DNA of 64,000 bases from Camelus ferus (GCF_009834535.1 NC_045697.1:58778001-58842000), one strand, 5' to 3'. Shown: positions 13,886 through 27,518, numbered from the stretch's first letter. Notes: generated by a model not told the origin, from the letters alone. Numbers and translations are program-made.

Positions 13886-14676
13886 ATTAAGATCGGGGCA
13901 AGCCAAATACCAATTACTAGCAAATAAGTAGAGGTTAATGATGGAGGGGACTGTATCAGTTCCTGAAGGATGAATGTTTTATCATTTTATCTTTGGAAAA
14001 ATCCACAAAGAGTATTTCTATAAATATTACATCCTAAAATTCAAACTTCATGAAAGATGATAGAAAATTTTTGTGTTGCCAAATCAATTCATGTTAAAAT
14101 CTCTTTAAATTCTAGAGTTTTGACCACATGGCTCTACTTGAAAATAACCCTTCTTTTTCATTTTTTTAAAGTTATCTTGTTTTGAAAGGGCTAACACACA
14201 GTGACTAGGATGGCCTCTTGGAAAACGAAAACTGCTAAGTAAAGATTCATTTATTGGGAAGATGTGAAAAAATAAAATGAGTCAGGGAAGAATAAGTTAG
14301 GGTTTTAAATTAGGGAAGACATGTGGCAAAGATGAAAAAGGACAGCAGAATAAGGTCTGAAGAATGTGAGACCGCATCATTTCCTGAATTTGGGGAATTC
14401 TAGGCCACAGCAGGAGAGAGCAATACTTGGATAAAAAGCCAGTTTCAAGTTAGCTTTTAAAACAATTTCTTATTCACTGGCCTATTAATATGACCATTAT
14501 AATAACGGTCATATAAAAATAATAAAAATACTAAACATTTATTTTTCAACTTTTCTTTTTTCCTTCTTAGATGTAAAGACTAGAAACTGAACAGCTGGTT
14601 TTCTCAATATTCCTGAGAAGAATGGCATCATCAGAATTACTTTAATTTATGACTAAACTGACCACTAAGGAGGAGG

Positions 14677-14917
14677 AGGCAGTAGAATGTCATGGTGAGG
14701 GCGAGTTCTTGAAAATGACTGTTTTGATTTCAATCTCAGCTCCTTTGCTTACTAGCTGTATGACTTTGGGAAAAGTTCTTAAATTCTCTCTGCTCCAGTT
14801 CTTTAATTAGAAGCAATTTTTTTTAGTCTACTTAATAGTGAAGATTAAATGAGATAACCTACATAAAGACCCACCAAAATGCCTAACATAGCAAATATTT
14901 AATAAATGCTAACTGTT
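14677..14917 (+). mobile_element. MIR SINE, near full length
   Basis: Contains ttcaatctcagctcctttgcttactagctgtatgactttgggaaaag...gaagattaaatgagataa...aataaatgctaact. Confidence 0.82.
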
Positions 14918-16529
14918 CTCTTCTCCACCATCATTATCAAATTATTACTAGTGTTATTTTCATTTTTATTATTTCTATTTTTATTATTATCTTGCCATAT
15001 GTATAAAAAGATATCTTAACAGACCAGACTGAATTTTAAGGGAAATGGGAAATAATGATGAGCATGCTAGGAAATGAATCCTTCATAATGCACAGAGAGA
15101 ACATGATGTGGACATTTTTAAACCCACATGCCATAATATTAATTATGGTTTGAATTATTATTCTTTTAGTTTAACAAACTATCCTCAATCTGAATATAGA
15201 AGGATTTATGGAATGTTTTCAATGAAAATGAAGAGTTTTGGCTCTGATGTAGGTCAATGATTATATATAATTTTCCTTTAAAAGACTACTTTTTTTTTTG
15301 CAAGGGATAAAAGAGATGCAGTTCCAGTGTTTTGTACACATGCCTCAAACTTGTTTCTGTAAACTCTAAAAAAATGTTGAAATCAACACTGGTTTGATAT
15401 AAATATACCAACAGCAGTGACAGACATACAGGCAGTCTCTTGATGAATAACTACTTAGTCTAATTGTCTGACTAAAATTTTGCTTACAAGTAAGACATAG
15501 ATGAAAACAGCAATTTCTTCTACCCTTGGTCTTCACTTGAATAAATTATAGAGGTAGAAATTGCCTTTCTCCACTGGCAAGGCAGGAAAGAAGAGTTAAA
15601 GCTATTTTTTTCTTCTTTAATTTCAAATTTCACAGCAAAAATTAAAAGCACCAAAAGACACCCCTAAAAACTGCCATTTTGTACTCAAATTAATTAGCTC
15701 TGCTGTCCTGGTGACAGTAAGTAAAAAGAAAATTAGCTATTTTGAAAGAACTAACTAAGCACACTGAGCGAAAAAAGGGTAATGTTGGTTATACTGGGAA
15801 ACAGTTAATATACGTATAAAGATTTTTACTAACATTAAGAGCATAATATTTTTAAACAGTTGAGTGAAGAGGAACAAAATGTTAACACATATAATAAGAT
15901 TTCAACACTGAAGATTTTTTTAAATGAAAAAAGATTCAAAATTAAAATCTTTTCCATTCAAATTTTACCAATTTACCAAGGGAAGTATTCTAACAATCAT
16001 AAACACTAAGAAATTTACAACTGCATCTTGAGGTCCATTAGGGAAATGAAGGGTGAAACATCTTTCTTAGAAATTACTGTGTTTGTCATCATTGTTATTA
16101 TTTAAATTCCAGATTAGAAGTTAATCTGTGATAATTTAATTGTAATCTTCAGGCTTCAATTCATACATGTTATTAAAATAAACTACATAATAGAGAAGGG
16201 ATATGGGTAAAGAGAAACTTAGGAAACAGTTAGAAAAATAAGAAAAAAAGATTAAAAAACATCAGTATTAAAGCCGTAAGACTGTTCATTATTAATATAC
16301 ATTCTTTGAATGAGGGTAATTCTCCATAGTCCTAAGGTTTTGTTGAAAACAAAAAAACAAAAAGGAAACAAACAAAAAATAAATACATAAAATTATAATA
16401 GTTGCAGAAATGAACTATCCTATAGGAAGGCATAATTTACATTACATACACTATATACAAGAACAGAAAATAAGTTAGCCTAACTGTATACTACTGCATA
16501 AGAGGTGGGAAAGAATAAAAGACACACCA

Positions 16530-16892
16530 AAAACACTTGTGTAGATTCAAGGGCCTGGGCTTCTCTGTGACTGTGGCTTATCAAACAACTGTTGTATTTT
16601 ATTTTATTTTCCACCTCCAGAAGGACCTGATACCATCAACCCCTTCAACTTTTGTATGGGGTTGGTTTTAGGCTTTCTGCAGTGGTTTAGAACTGAAACT
16701 TCTCAGCTAAGCTCAGTTACCATTCATTCATCTACCTTCCAGCTTCCAAAGTTGTCTCGTTATTGTTTCCTTCGTTTTTTCCATTGTTGTAGAATTTATG
16801 TCCTAAAAATCTTTTTACTGTCATTTGAATGGGATTCATAAGGGAGGGAAATTAGTTTTATGAGTTAAAACTGCTACATTTACTGGGAAGTG
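16530..16892 (-). mobile_element. Ancient L1ME/HAL1-type 5' end fragment
   Basis: Ends tttactgtcatttgaatgggattcataagggaggga...ctgctacatttactgggaagt, resembling the antisense 5' terminus of these families. Confidence 0.5.
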
Positions 16893-17579
16893 TTTTTGTA
16901 TGTACTTTCGTATATTATTAAAGAAACCCCTCAACAGTTTTTTAAGTAAGAAGCCTAAATCCACCCTTCTCTTACTATTATATTTATATATATATACACA
17001 CATCTACATATATATAAATATTATACATCTATATAAATATAGGTGTATGTGTACCTACAATATGGAAAAAAATCCTAAATTATCTAAGAATAGATTTTAA
17101 CTTTTTAAAATAATTTTATTCCATTCTACTCTTTCTACTGGTAAAAACTCCACCAGGAACTTGACGCAGAGAAATTTTAACTATTTGTTTCTATCAGAAT
17201 GGGTAGCAGCACATTTTTGCTTACTTAGCAGTACTTTTCAGAAATGAAATTTGCTCTCTCCAGAACGTAAAGTCCTTTGGTAGGATGCTTCTTTTGAAAC
17301 AGTTGGCATATTTTAAGTGAGGAAAGAAAGAAAAATGTGAGCAAAGTTTCAGTCTCTAGAACATTCATGTGTGAACTGCAGTGGCAACAGTGGCTCTGCT
17401 CTAAATAGCACCCAGGTGGCCAGAAAGCAGCAATGAGCCTTGTGAGTTTCAATTACTAGCTAGTAGTACTTTGGACACTAGGGAAAAACTGGATCAAAAA
17501 TATCATAAAAGTTGCTATACATCCAAAGGCATGAGCAAAAAATGTATCTACAACACATTCTGCAAATGTCTAGCAATAC

Positions 17580-18267
17580 TAGCAATGTTCTAGGGCAGTC
17601 TACCCAGGCAACAGAAATAGAAGTAAAAATAAACAAATGGGACCTAATTAAACTTACAAACTTCTGCACAGTAAAGGAAATTATAAACAAAACAAAAAAA
17701 AAACCTACAGAATGGGAAAAATACTTACAAACGATGCAACTGACAAGGGCTTAACCTCTATAATATACAAACAGCTCATACAACCTAATAATAAAAAAGA
17801 TCAAACAACCCAATCCAAAAAGGGGCAGAAGACCTAAACAAGCAATTTTCCAGTGAAGACATATAAATGGCCCATAGGCACATGAAAAAAATGCTCAGTA
17901 GCGCTAAGATCAGAGAAATGCAAATCAAAACTACAATGAGGTATCACCTCACACGTCTGGCCATCATTCAGAAGTCCACAAATGATAAATGCTAGAGAGG
18001 GTGTGTAGAAAAGGGAACTTTCCTACATTGCTGGTGGGAATGCAGTCTGGTGCAGCCATTACGGAAAACAGTATGGAGATTCCTTAAAAAACTAAAAATA
18101 GACTTACCATATGATACAGCATATGTATCTCACTCCTGGGCATTTATCTAGAGGGAACTCTAATTTGAAAAGATACATGCACCCCAATGTTCACAGCAGC
18201 ACTATTTACAATAGTCAAGACATAGAAACAACCTAAATGTCCATTGACAGATGACTGGATAAAGAAG

Positions 18268-18306
<39 letters not shown>

Positions 18307-18725
18307 GTGTATTTATTTATTTATTTATTTGTAATGGAATACTATTCATTCATAAAAATAATCAAATAATGCCATTTGCAGCAAAATAGATGGACATGGA
18401 GTTTGTCATTCTCAGCGAAGCCAGAAAGAGAAAGAAAAATAACATATATCACTTACATGTGGAATCTAAAAAAGAGACACAAATAAGCTTATTTACAAAA
18501 CAGAAACAGACTCACAGACAGAAAACAAACTTATGGTTACAAGGATGGGGGTAGTGGGAAGGGATAAATTAGGAAATCAAGATTTACAGATACTATCTAC
18601 TATATATAAAACAGATTAAACAACAAATTTATACTGCATAGCACAGGGGACTATATTTAATATCTTCTAGTAATCTATAATGAAAAAGAGTATGAAAATG
18701 AATATATGTATATATATGTGACTGG
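17580..18725 (+). mobile_element. Lineage-type L1 (ORF2 C-terminus plus most of the 3'UTR), truncated at both ends
   Basis: ORF track INKWDLIKLTNFCTVKE...PTEWEK, then caaatcaaaactacaatgaggtatcacctcac and cacagggga...gtaatctataatgaaaaag. Confidence 0.93.
18269..18330. repeat. (TG)~18 microsatellite followed by (ATTT)n
   Basis: Read directly; lies inside the L1. Confidence 0.95.
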
Positions 18726-19169
18726 AAAAAGAAAACAGAAGAGAAAAAATTAAATAAGATGGGGGTGAATCAGGAAAAAAAGAGTCTAGCAATAAAGCTA
18801 CCAAAAGAAAAGAGAATATTTCAAATGTGGACAATGAGTAGCATAGAAATGTCTTTAAAAATAATTTCAATATCTCTTTCCAAAGAAATCATTACTTTTT
18901 TGCTTTGATTTCTAGAAAAAAAAGTATTTGGAGGAATTTCTTTATGGAAAATTACATTAAAAAAGATCAAACAGAAAGAACAAGGAGATCTGTGAACATG
19001 TAAATGTATTTATTTAATAGTAACAAAAGCAAACAAACAAAAAACAGATCAGCCCTTCTTGTAAATTTATGACTAATAATTGGCTCTACGGCAAATTAGG
19101 ATGTGCTTTTCAATGTGAAAACAATACAATGAAGGAAAAAAATAACAGATGATGAAAATTTATAAAGTC

Positions 19170-19693
19170 TACAGTGACTGGTAAATTGCACAAAAGGCCA
19201 CAAGTTTCTTCCTACCCTATATAAATGTTTGCAACATGAACTGTAACTATTCCTTTAAAGACGTGAAGCTTCTTTCTCTACTGATTGCCTCTGGATTGGC
19301 CATGTGACTTGCTTTGGCTAATGGTTCATTAAAAAAAAAAAGTGACTGAAGTAGATATTTGAAAAGTGCTAGCATATTGGACGTTGCTCTTGCTTGCGGC
19401 TCCTTGGAAGCTTGAGATCACTTTTTAAAGCCTGGAGAATCAGAGATCAAGGAAAGCTCAGAAAATCAGTCCCACATGATCCCTTCAACTCTCCTCTAAC
19501 CAAACAAATCACTCTGCAAACCGCTAGAAATGTGTGTGAGGCCATTCTGGGCCATCAAGCCTCAGCCTGGCTGGCTAAGATCTTATCAGAAAAATCACAC
19601 AGTTGACCAACAGAACTGTGAATCTGATAAATGTTTATTGTTTTAAGACCTTAAGTTGTAAAGTGATTTGTTAAACAAAAACAGATGACACAG
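19170..19693 (+). mobile_element. Old MaLR LTR (MLT1G/H-like)
   Basis: Contains tggccatgtgacttgctttggctaatgg and ataaatgtttattgttttaagaccttaagtt. Confidence 0.7.
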
Positions 19694-21663
19694 TAATTTT
19701 ACGTGCTATCTTATTTGGATTAAAATTCACAAGGATAAAAAACAATTTAAAACAGGTATTAAAAATAATACAACAGTTTTTATCAAATAAAATATAAAAT
19801 TTCTAGTTTTTCTCACATTCATTCTGTTCCGTATCTGAGCTTCTGCTACTACAAATATCTTACTACTCTGCTTACTTCTTCAAGATAGATCTTTTCCCAG
19901 GAAGTTATCCTTCAATTTCAAGATCAAGCCAAGAATTTCTCTCTGGATTCCAACAGAATCTTGATCATACCCTCAATTACAGGACTTAGATATTAGGCTG
20001 AAATTACTTATTTATGTGACTTCTTCTATTACTACACTTTTAACTCTTCAAAGTCAGGAAGATGTCTCATTGTCAGTTAAGCCCTAATACTCAGGTCAAT
20101 TAAACATTTTAAAACAGTAGACATCCCAACTATGTTGCTGAGCTGAATTTACTAGTAGAAGTTCTCTGATTTGGATCATACAGAGCAGTGAGAGACCTTA
20201 GGTAGATAACAGAAGTAAACAGATACTTTAGTAAGATCTGCAACGAAAGTTACAGAATAGATAGGTCAAGGTTTTTGCTTAGGGAAAAAATACTGAGCAT
20301 GTCTTCAGAATTCAAACTACATCAATCAGATCCACAGTTCAAGAAATAAAAACTAGAGTTGTTGAACAAGAAACACTGAAGTGACTTGAGCTGGGGGCAG
20401 ACACTGAATTCTTGGCTGCCTCTTACTTGCTCGTTTTATAAATGGAGCAGCTTTGAAGAAAGGTCTTTTTGATTGAGCAGCAGAGGTGATGGCCTTACTG
20501 GAAGCACTCAAAGTAATTTTGGGAAAAAAGCAAAAAGTGGGGGAGCCAGTTAGTAATCACCAAAAATAATGAGAGGAATTAAACACCTAGAAAGAAAGTG
20601 CTCATGAAACAGCGTAGAGAAAGTAATTGCTTTTGAATCTTGAATCTTAAGAAAATGTAAATGGTATCAATAGAAAAAAAAGTTAAAAAGAAGAAAGAAA
20701 ATAAGGAAAAATGAATGTACTCAATCAATTATTAAAATTCCAAAGGCTAGCATCTGTCTTGAATACCATAAACATCAGAACTGATAAGCACCATATTAAG
20801 TAAAACTACAATGTGTTTACATGTAAGGTTGTATTTTCACACCTGTATAAAATATGGGGAAAATATCATTGACATGAACAACGCAGACCATTTACATCTG
20901 TGATTAAATCTCTTAGGAATCAAAATTAATGAATCCTATGCCTATGAAAGTACGTTTGCAAGTCTTGATTTTCATGAAATAAGAACAAAAGAAATATTCA
21001 CTGTAGCATAAAGATAAGATTTTACTATAGGAAGAGACCATAAATTGTAGTATCATGTTTAAATATTAATAATCCATCCATTAATAATTTTTCTACTTTT
21101 GGATACCAACATAAGAGAATATAACATACTTATAATATAAAAGGTTATTTTTATCACTAGTCACATTGTATATTTTGGATAACAGAACTGAAAGTCACAA
21201 AATAGTAATAAAAATCTAGCCTTTCCTTCTCCAGGTGTCGATCAAAATTTTAAAGAAAAAATATTCATAAAGAAAAAATCTTTATCAACACAGGAAGGTT
21301 GTAGTCAATAGCTGGATAGAGACTAACTACCCAACTGGCAAAATAGCACTACTTAAAAAAAAGAAAGAAATCTTCCACCAATCAAGCTGTTTGTGAAAAA
21401 CAAGCCTTCTTTTGTGGCCTTTGTGTTGCTTAAAATTCTAGAAGACATCTTTTAAGGACAGCAAAATTTTAATTCCTTTCTCTGATTACTGAAGTGAAAA
21501 TTAATCTCCAGTAGGATAAAATTGTTCTGCCCACTAAACTGTTCAACAGCTTTCACTCTCAAAATAAAAATATAAATGGACTTAATCATACTTTAAAATG
21601 TTAACTGTATGAAGTTTGGGCATCTACCATGCAAATTTTCATATTTTCAGTAAGACACTGCTA

Positions 21664-21874
21664 TTTTTAAATTGAAGTATAGTTAGTTCATAATGTGTCA
21701 ATTTCTGGTATACAGAATAATATTTCAGTCATACATATACACACATATATTTGTTTTCATATTCTTTTTCATTATAGGTTACTATTAGGTATTGACTACA
21801 GTTCCCTGTGCTATACAGAAGAAACCTGTTGTGTATCTATTTTACATATAATAGTTAATATTTGCAAATCTCAA
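21664..21874 (-). mobile_element. Short 5'-truncated L1 3'UTR insertion
   Basis: Contains ttttaaattgaagtatagtt...agttccctgtgctatacagaagaa. Flanked by imperfect TSD actgct(a)tttt at about 21657 and 21875. Confidence 0.88.
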
Positions 21875-22450
21875 ACTGCTTTTAAAATTTTTTATTTCTA
21901 ATAATGTTTCAGTTTTCAACATATCCCTATGTCACAGCTATTATGTAACCACTAATTATTCTGATCAAATAACTTAAGTCCATGTTTTCTTTTCCTACCA
22001 CTTGTATTGTCAACCTTTAAAAATAAATATTTTGGACCATTTTCTCTCAGTATCAAATTTCCTCATAATGTTCAATGTGATCTTTAGTGTATTTTCAATG
22101 TATTTTCTGTGATTCAACAAAATGGCCAGTTTTGTTGAAACATATATTCCCAGACTCTTTGAGACGCAAACTTTCCCTGCCCATTATGTTCTATAGAAAG
22201 TGTGTTCCTTACTTTAAGGTGTCTCTAAATCATTTTGATCAGGACTCTGCCTTGATTTCATGTAATTATGAGGAGAAAAAAGTCAGATTCATAAACTCAA
22301 ATATATACAAATTTGAAATACTTTTTGCTGTATTATTTATATATCTTCAATAAAGAAAATCTTTGATAACAGCTGTCTACACAAACCATAAATTCCTCCC
22401 CAAAAGAATGGGGAGGCCGTTTCTTTATTAACACTCCTATAGCTTTAACT

Positions 22451-23011
22451 CAAGTCTTCAAAGTGTGTTCCTCTCAATTAGAGTCTTATTAAAGGATCAA
22501 TTACTAATGTCCAAGAGCATTCCTGTAAGGAATTAGCTGCTTCCTTATGCATCTAGAACGGTATTCCTTATGAAACATGCTTGGGAGAATTGCCAGAAGA
22601 CTCATTCAAATAATTTTCTAGAGGGCTTAATTTCTCACAGAAGCCCAGCTGAGAAAGCCCACCTAAAAGCTAGCCCTACTGATAATTCAAGAGTGTCATG
22701 TATAATAGGACGGGGCAGGTGGCAATTGACAGGAGGAGAGAAGGTACATGGTTCCATGTCAATTATGTTCGGTAAATACGATTTAACATTCTCCCAACTT
22801 AGAGATTCATGATGCTAATAAATGTACTGAATTTGCTAAGAAGTTTTATAATAATAATTACAATAATAAGACAATACAAATAATAAACATTTCATCTTTG
22901 CTTAACTTAATATTTCCAAAACATAACGGACCATATGATCCTTTTTTCAAATACTCTCAATGGACATCCCCTAAAACCAGTGTTCAAACATTTAACATAC
23001 TTGGGAAACAC
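22451..23011. mobile_element. MER103-like hAT element carrying a Charlie4z-like MITE (about 22470-22661)
   Basis: Starts caagtcttcaaagtgtgttcc and ends catacttgggaaacacc. The inner part (atgcatctagaacggta...ttgggagaattg...gctgagaaagcc) is the reverse complement of the 12856-13061 element. Confidence 0.58.
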
Positions 23012-23039
23012 CAGAGGGGTAAGTTATCAGTCTCCTACC

Positions 23040-23560
23040 TTGGATGTCAAAATCATTTATTTAAAACACAAGCGTTCAAGTTATATTCCTTTGCTTAAAA
23101 ATTTTTGGCAGCTTCCTATCACCAATAAAATTAAAAGGTATTCTCTACTCTGATATTCAAAACCATAATTTGCTCCCTCTTTCTCTATCAGTCTCCTGCC
23201 ATCACATAACACACACACCTACACACAGTGTTGATCAGAATATGCAAATTCTCACGTCTTTCCTCCTTTTTGTCTCTTTGTCTAACCAACCAACAAATAT
23301 CTGTCATGTTTCAAAATTCAATTTAAATAGTACCTCTTTCTCAAAACTTTCCCATAAAATTGTAAGACATTTCCCTTCTTTGTTCCCACAAAACCTTGTA
23401 CTAGCTTTTATTTTAATACATACATTATTGATTTAAATATATTGTAGTTGCTTTCCACTCTCTCCAAACTGTGAACCTTTGAAGGGTGAGACATATGCTC
23501 TGTTAATCTTTTTATGCCTAATATCTAGTATAATGTCAGGCACAGTAAGGATAATTTAAT
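23040..23560 (+). mobile_element. L2 3' fragment
   Basis: Ends aactgtgaacctttgaagggtgagac...atctagtataatgtcaggcacagtaagg. Confidence 0.62.
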
Positions 23561-23831
23561 AATTTTTAAAAACAAACTTATAGCAGTCATAATTCAGGAT
23601 AACATTTGGTTTCTTAACATCTTCATCCCTATGCATACCTCATATAAATATTAATTTGTTTCCCTTCAAACTGTACTTTTTATTATCATTATCTTATAAA
23701 TTAATAGCTTCCTTTTCATTATAAAAGGTTCTCTGTAAAACTCTCTGTATTCTGAAATTGTTTTTAAAAATTCCTCACTTTGGTTTCAGTGGGGAAAAAA
23801 ATAATAATACATTCCTTTTTCACTCTACACC

Positions 23832-24190
23832 ATTCGTTTATTTTTTTTAAATGTCACTTACATTCCAGGCACTGTTTTAGACACTGGCATATTGCAGTGA
23901 GTTAAAAAACAGTCCTTACCCTCATAGAGCTGATATTCTAGTTGAGTGAGACATACATACATATATATATAAATAGATACACACATATATACATATATGA
24001 ATTTAAATAGATTATATGGACTTGTAGTCATGTCTGAAGGAAAATAAATGAGGAGAAGGAGACAAAATAAATGTGTCTGTGGGTCTGGGGTGACAGGGTC
24101 TCAACTGTTCTTTGAGACATGGAGTACCAGGAAAGATTCTTTCAGAGGTAAGTTTTAAGCAGAGACTAAATAAAGTGAGCATCACTCCAT
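23832..24190 (-). mobile_element. L2 3' fragment
   Basis: Contains cattccaggcactgttttagacactgg...ccttaccctcatagagctgatattctagttgagtgagac. Confidence 0.7.
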
Positions 24191-24519
24191 GTACTGTATG
24201 TCATTTCTTGGCATCCTGGATTTTTCTTTCTCTATTAGACTTGACAAATTCATCTTAATTCTCTTAGCACTAGGGTGATTACTATGCTAAAAGGTACTTT
24301 AAATCTAGTACAGCTTATTGAAACTAACAGAAGCTAGCTCTAATATTTTAGCCATCAGGATCCCAACTGATTGCTCACATCCTGTAGTGCAAATATTCAC
24401 AGTAGGGATAAATGGTACACAGAATAAGTAGTGACCTTAAGCATCAGCTGCCTCATAGCAGACAACAACAGTTGCTTAATAAGATCAATCACTTTCTGAA
24501 CTACATACTATAAAGTTTA

Positions 24520-25120
24520 GAAAGAGAGCCTTCTGAAGTTTGCCACTTGGGATAAATTCAATTTTTTTGAGATCATTCTCAATGTATGCATGAATAATGC
24601 TATTAGTGAGAGTACTGTATTGAGTGGCATGCTGGCAGCCTTTGAATCTTCCAAAGGCAATTTCTGTGCTGGCTGGTGACTGTGAATATTGCAAATATAG
24701 TTAGCTGTGGTAACTTTTTACTTTGTAATAATTTCTTGGGCTCTAAATATTTTATTTCCTTTGTAAAAAATACTACTTTTTTCAACTTCATGACAAATTA
24801 AACTTGTGGGGAATAAATTCATTATCCATAAAACATCCCTGGCAATAAATTCTGGACAACTTTACACTGACAATTTTGATGAATATACCATTTAGGAATT
24901 TAACAGGTGCCTCTTTCTTCACAGGTGGACTCTTGTACTCCATAGTGTCAAACTGCAGCATTGCTACCACACTATTCATTTTTTTACAAGATATACTTGC
25001 ACATTTGCATCTCAGTTTATATATGTCATTTAACACTGTACTTGTATTATCATAATTGAATCTACTACTGCAACATATCTGCAGAACCCACTCTTGCCCA
25101 AGTTTTTGAACATACAACAA
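24520..25120 (-). mobile_element. Probable decayed hAT transposase coding fragment (C-terminal dimerisation region)
   Basis: Minus-strand translation across one frameshift: KLPQLTIFAIFTVTS/STEIAFGRFK...STLTNSIIHAYIENDLKKIEF. This resembles the hATC motif P.L..L..I...PVTSAS.ERSFS.LK....RST....L.....IE.D. Confidence 0.45.
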
Positions 25121-25922
25121 TCCTTAGAAAACATCAGTGAAAATTTTCAGAACACAGAATTGTATGCTTAGGCTTTATAAATATCATTCTTTGTCGTAAA
25201 ATATTCAAAAGGAGAAAAATAGATAAGAGAAATAAAAATCATGTTGTTATTTAAGCCAGCTTCAAAGTTTTCCAAGACCAGTATAAAGAAAAATTTAAAA
25301 GAATGGATCCAGAGTCATGAACAGCAGTCAGGTGGAATTTCGGGAGAATGGGAAACATGGTAGGAGATAAGGTCAGACGGGAGTTGGGGTTCCCATCATA
25401 TTGAGCCTTGAAGACCATGGTAAGGCACACAATATGATTATTTAGTGGCTAATATGTTCCTTTAACATTTTTGTTAAATTAGCTCAGCTCTATGAGGGTA
25501 GGGACTTTGTCTAAATTGCACACAGAGGTCCTATACAATGATTTAGGATGAAAAAAATAAACAAATACATTCACCCTCTTAAGATTTAAAGAAGCTTTAC
25601 GATTTCTTCTTTTCCCCTTTCTCCCTAGAAGTAGATAACAGCCCTGAGCCATGCCCTTGAGAGTACACCTACTAAAACTTAACAAAGGACTGCCGATTTC
25701 ACATTCACATTGGCTAGACTAAACCGTTGAGCACATCATTCTAGACATCCCATGTATAACAATAAATTTAAGCAGTGCTCAGAGTAGTGAAATCTATTAA
25801 TGGCCCTTTATTCTGGATACTAGTTTGCAAAAGCCTAAATCTACCACCTGTTTGTAGATAGTAATATAATTCATTTTCCCAAGGACTGATTTTTGCATTT
25901 AAGGGTTTTTTGAGTGCCTTCA

Positions 25923-26180
25923 CTTTTTTATGTTTATTCATTTATTGATTAAGTTCCACATATAAGGGAAACCATACAGTATTTGTGTTTCTCTAGTCTG
26001 ACTTATTTCTCTCTCTCTAGCTTTGTAGTATTAGTTTGAAATCAGAGAATGTGATACCTCCAGCTTTGTTCTTTGTTCTCAAGATTGTTTTGGCTATTCA
26101 GGGTCTTTTGTGTTTCTATACAAATTTTAAAATTATAGTTCTGTAAAAAATTTGCTTAGTATTGGATAGGGTTTGCAGTG
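25923..26180 (-). mobile_element. Internally deleted mini-L1 with 13-bp TSD
   Basis: TSD ttgagtgccttca at 25910-25922 and 26181-26193. Contains two non-adjacent L1 segments joined at about 26009-26018. Confidence 0.85.
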
Positions 26181-27086
26181 TTGAGTGCCTTCATTTTTTA
26201 ATTCTCTCTCAAGGTGTGTTACCATCTCTACCAAGGGTAACAACCATCTTGTAAATGTAAGGAAAAGGTCATTGTTGTAAGGTGAACTCTTTAGAACTAG
26301 ATAAAAGACTCTTCATATTTTTGGTTGGTCCACAAATAAGTAATGATAAATATTTGCAGGACAAAACACAGGCATGATCACGATTCCTTTCACAATCTAG
26401 CATCTGGTGAGGCTTTGACTGTTGTTTCTGTCTTCTCATGAGTCTTTTAGCAGAATGACATCACTTGAAGATTTTTCAGAGCTGAAGAGAGCTGACTTCC
26501 AACCAGTAAATGCTTCAATTAATAAAATTCACAATAACCTCGTGGCTTAAAGATTGATTGATACCCAAATCATGCCAGTTATATTGTGCCCTATCTGCTT
26601 TCATTTCTAAAGTACTCACTGTATGGTTAACTGGCCACATTCAGTCCAAACAGGATAAAGGGATTTTTTTTTTCTTTCATCATGTGAATTAGCAGAAACA
26701 TTTTCCAAGAGGAAAATTAAGCAACTCCTCTTTCATCTTTTCAATTTTTATTCTCTTTAAATAATCAAATTCCCTCATTTTGTAATGTGCTAAGGGAATA
26801 GATAATGTATACAGTTTACACTAAAACATTGGGGTAGATAAGTTAATGATTACTAAAATTACTTTCCATTAAAACTACACATACGAGTATTTAAAATATA
26901 ATTAATATTTAATCAGTTAATTTATGGATATGGTATTAATTCAAAATGTAAAAAAGATATTAACTGAAGATATTTTTCCCCTCAGGGACCCAGCTCACCT
27001 CCGTAGAAAAACCACTCTGATGACTTGTTAATACTCATCTTTTGAATGGACTTTCACTATCAAATTAATTTTACCATAGTTATTAT

Positions 27087-27518
27087 GGTAGAGACAGCTA
27101 GTTTGTCAACAAAATTTTGTGTTCTTTATTCCAGAGTGTGGGAAGTAGCCACCTATAGAAACTACAGATGGGCAGAACACCTTTAACAGGTGTGGCTTTA
27201 GTTCTTGCCAGTGGATCATGACTGAAAGCAGTAGGTGACCTTTCCAGGTTAGGGTTTTGAGGAGCTGTTAAGGTTCCTCTGTATCTAGTCTTGTACACTG
27301 TCTCCCCTGCTAGCTGGATGCAAGGAACTCCTAGGCCCTAGGGAAAATGGGAATCATAAGTTAAAAGGATCCTAGGTTCTCTGATAACCATATGAAAGAA
27401 AATCACCTGCCAAAGTATCGACTCCAAAGTCTTAAAAGGACAAGAAATACACTTCTCTGTGTTAAGCCACTAAAATTCTGGGCTTATTTAAAAGAGCATC
27501 TAGCATTTCCTTAATATA
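27087..27518 (+). mobile_element. Old MaLR LTR (MLT1J-like)
   Basis: Contains aaggatcctaggttctctgataaccatatg and aagaaatacacttctctgtgttaagccactaaaattctgggc. Confidence 0.68.

Noticed and set aside
12721..14512. Short hairpins (cttaactgt..acagttaag at 12721; atatgacc..ggtcatat at about 14488)
   Set aside because: Stems of 9-13 bp are expected by chance in 64 kb of AT-rich DNA and are too short for a pre-miRNA.
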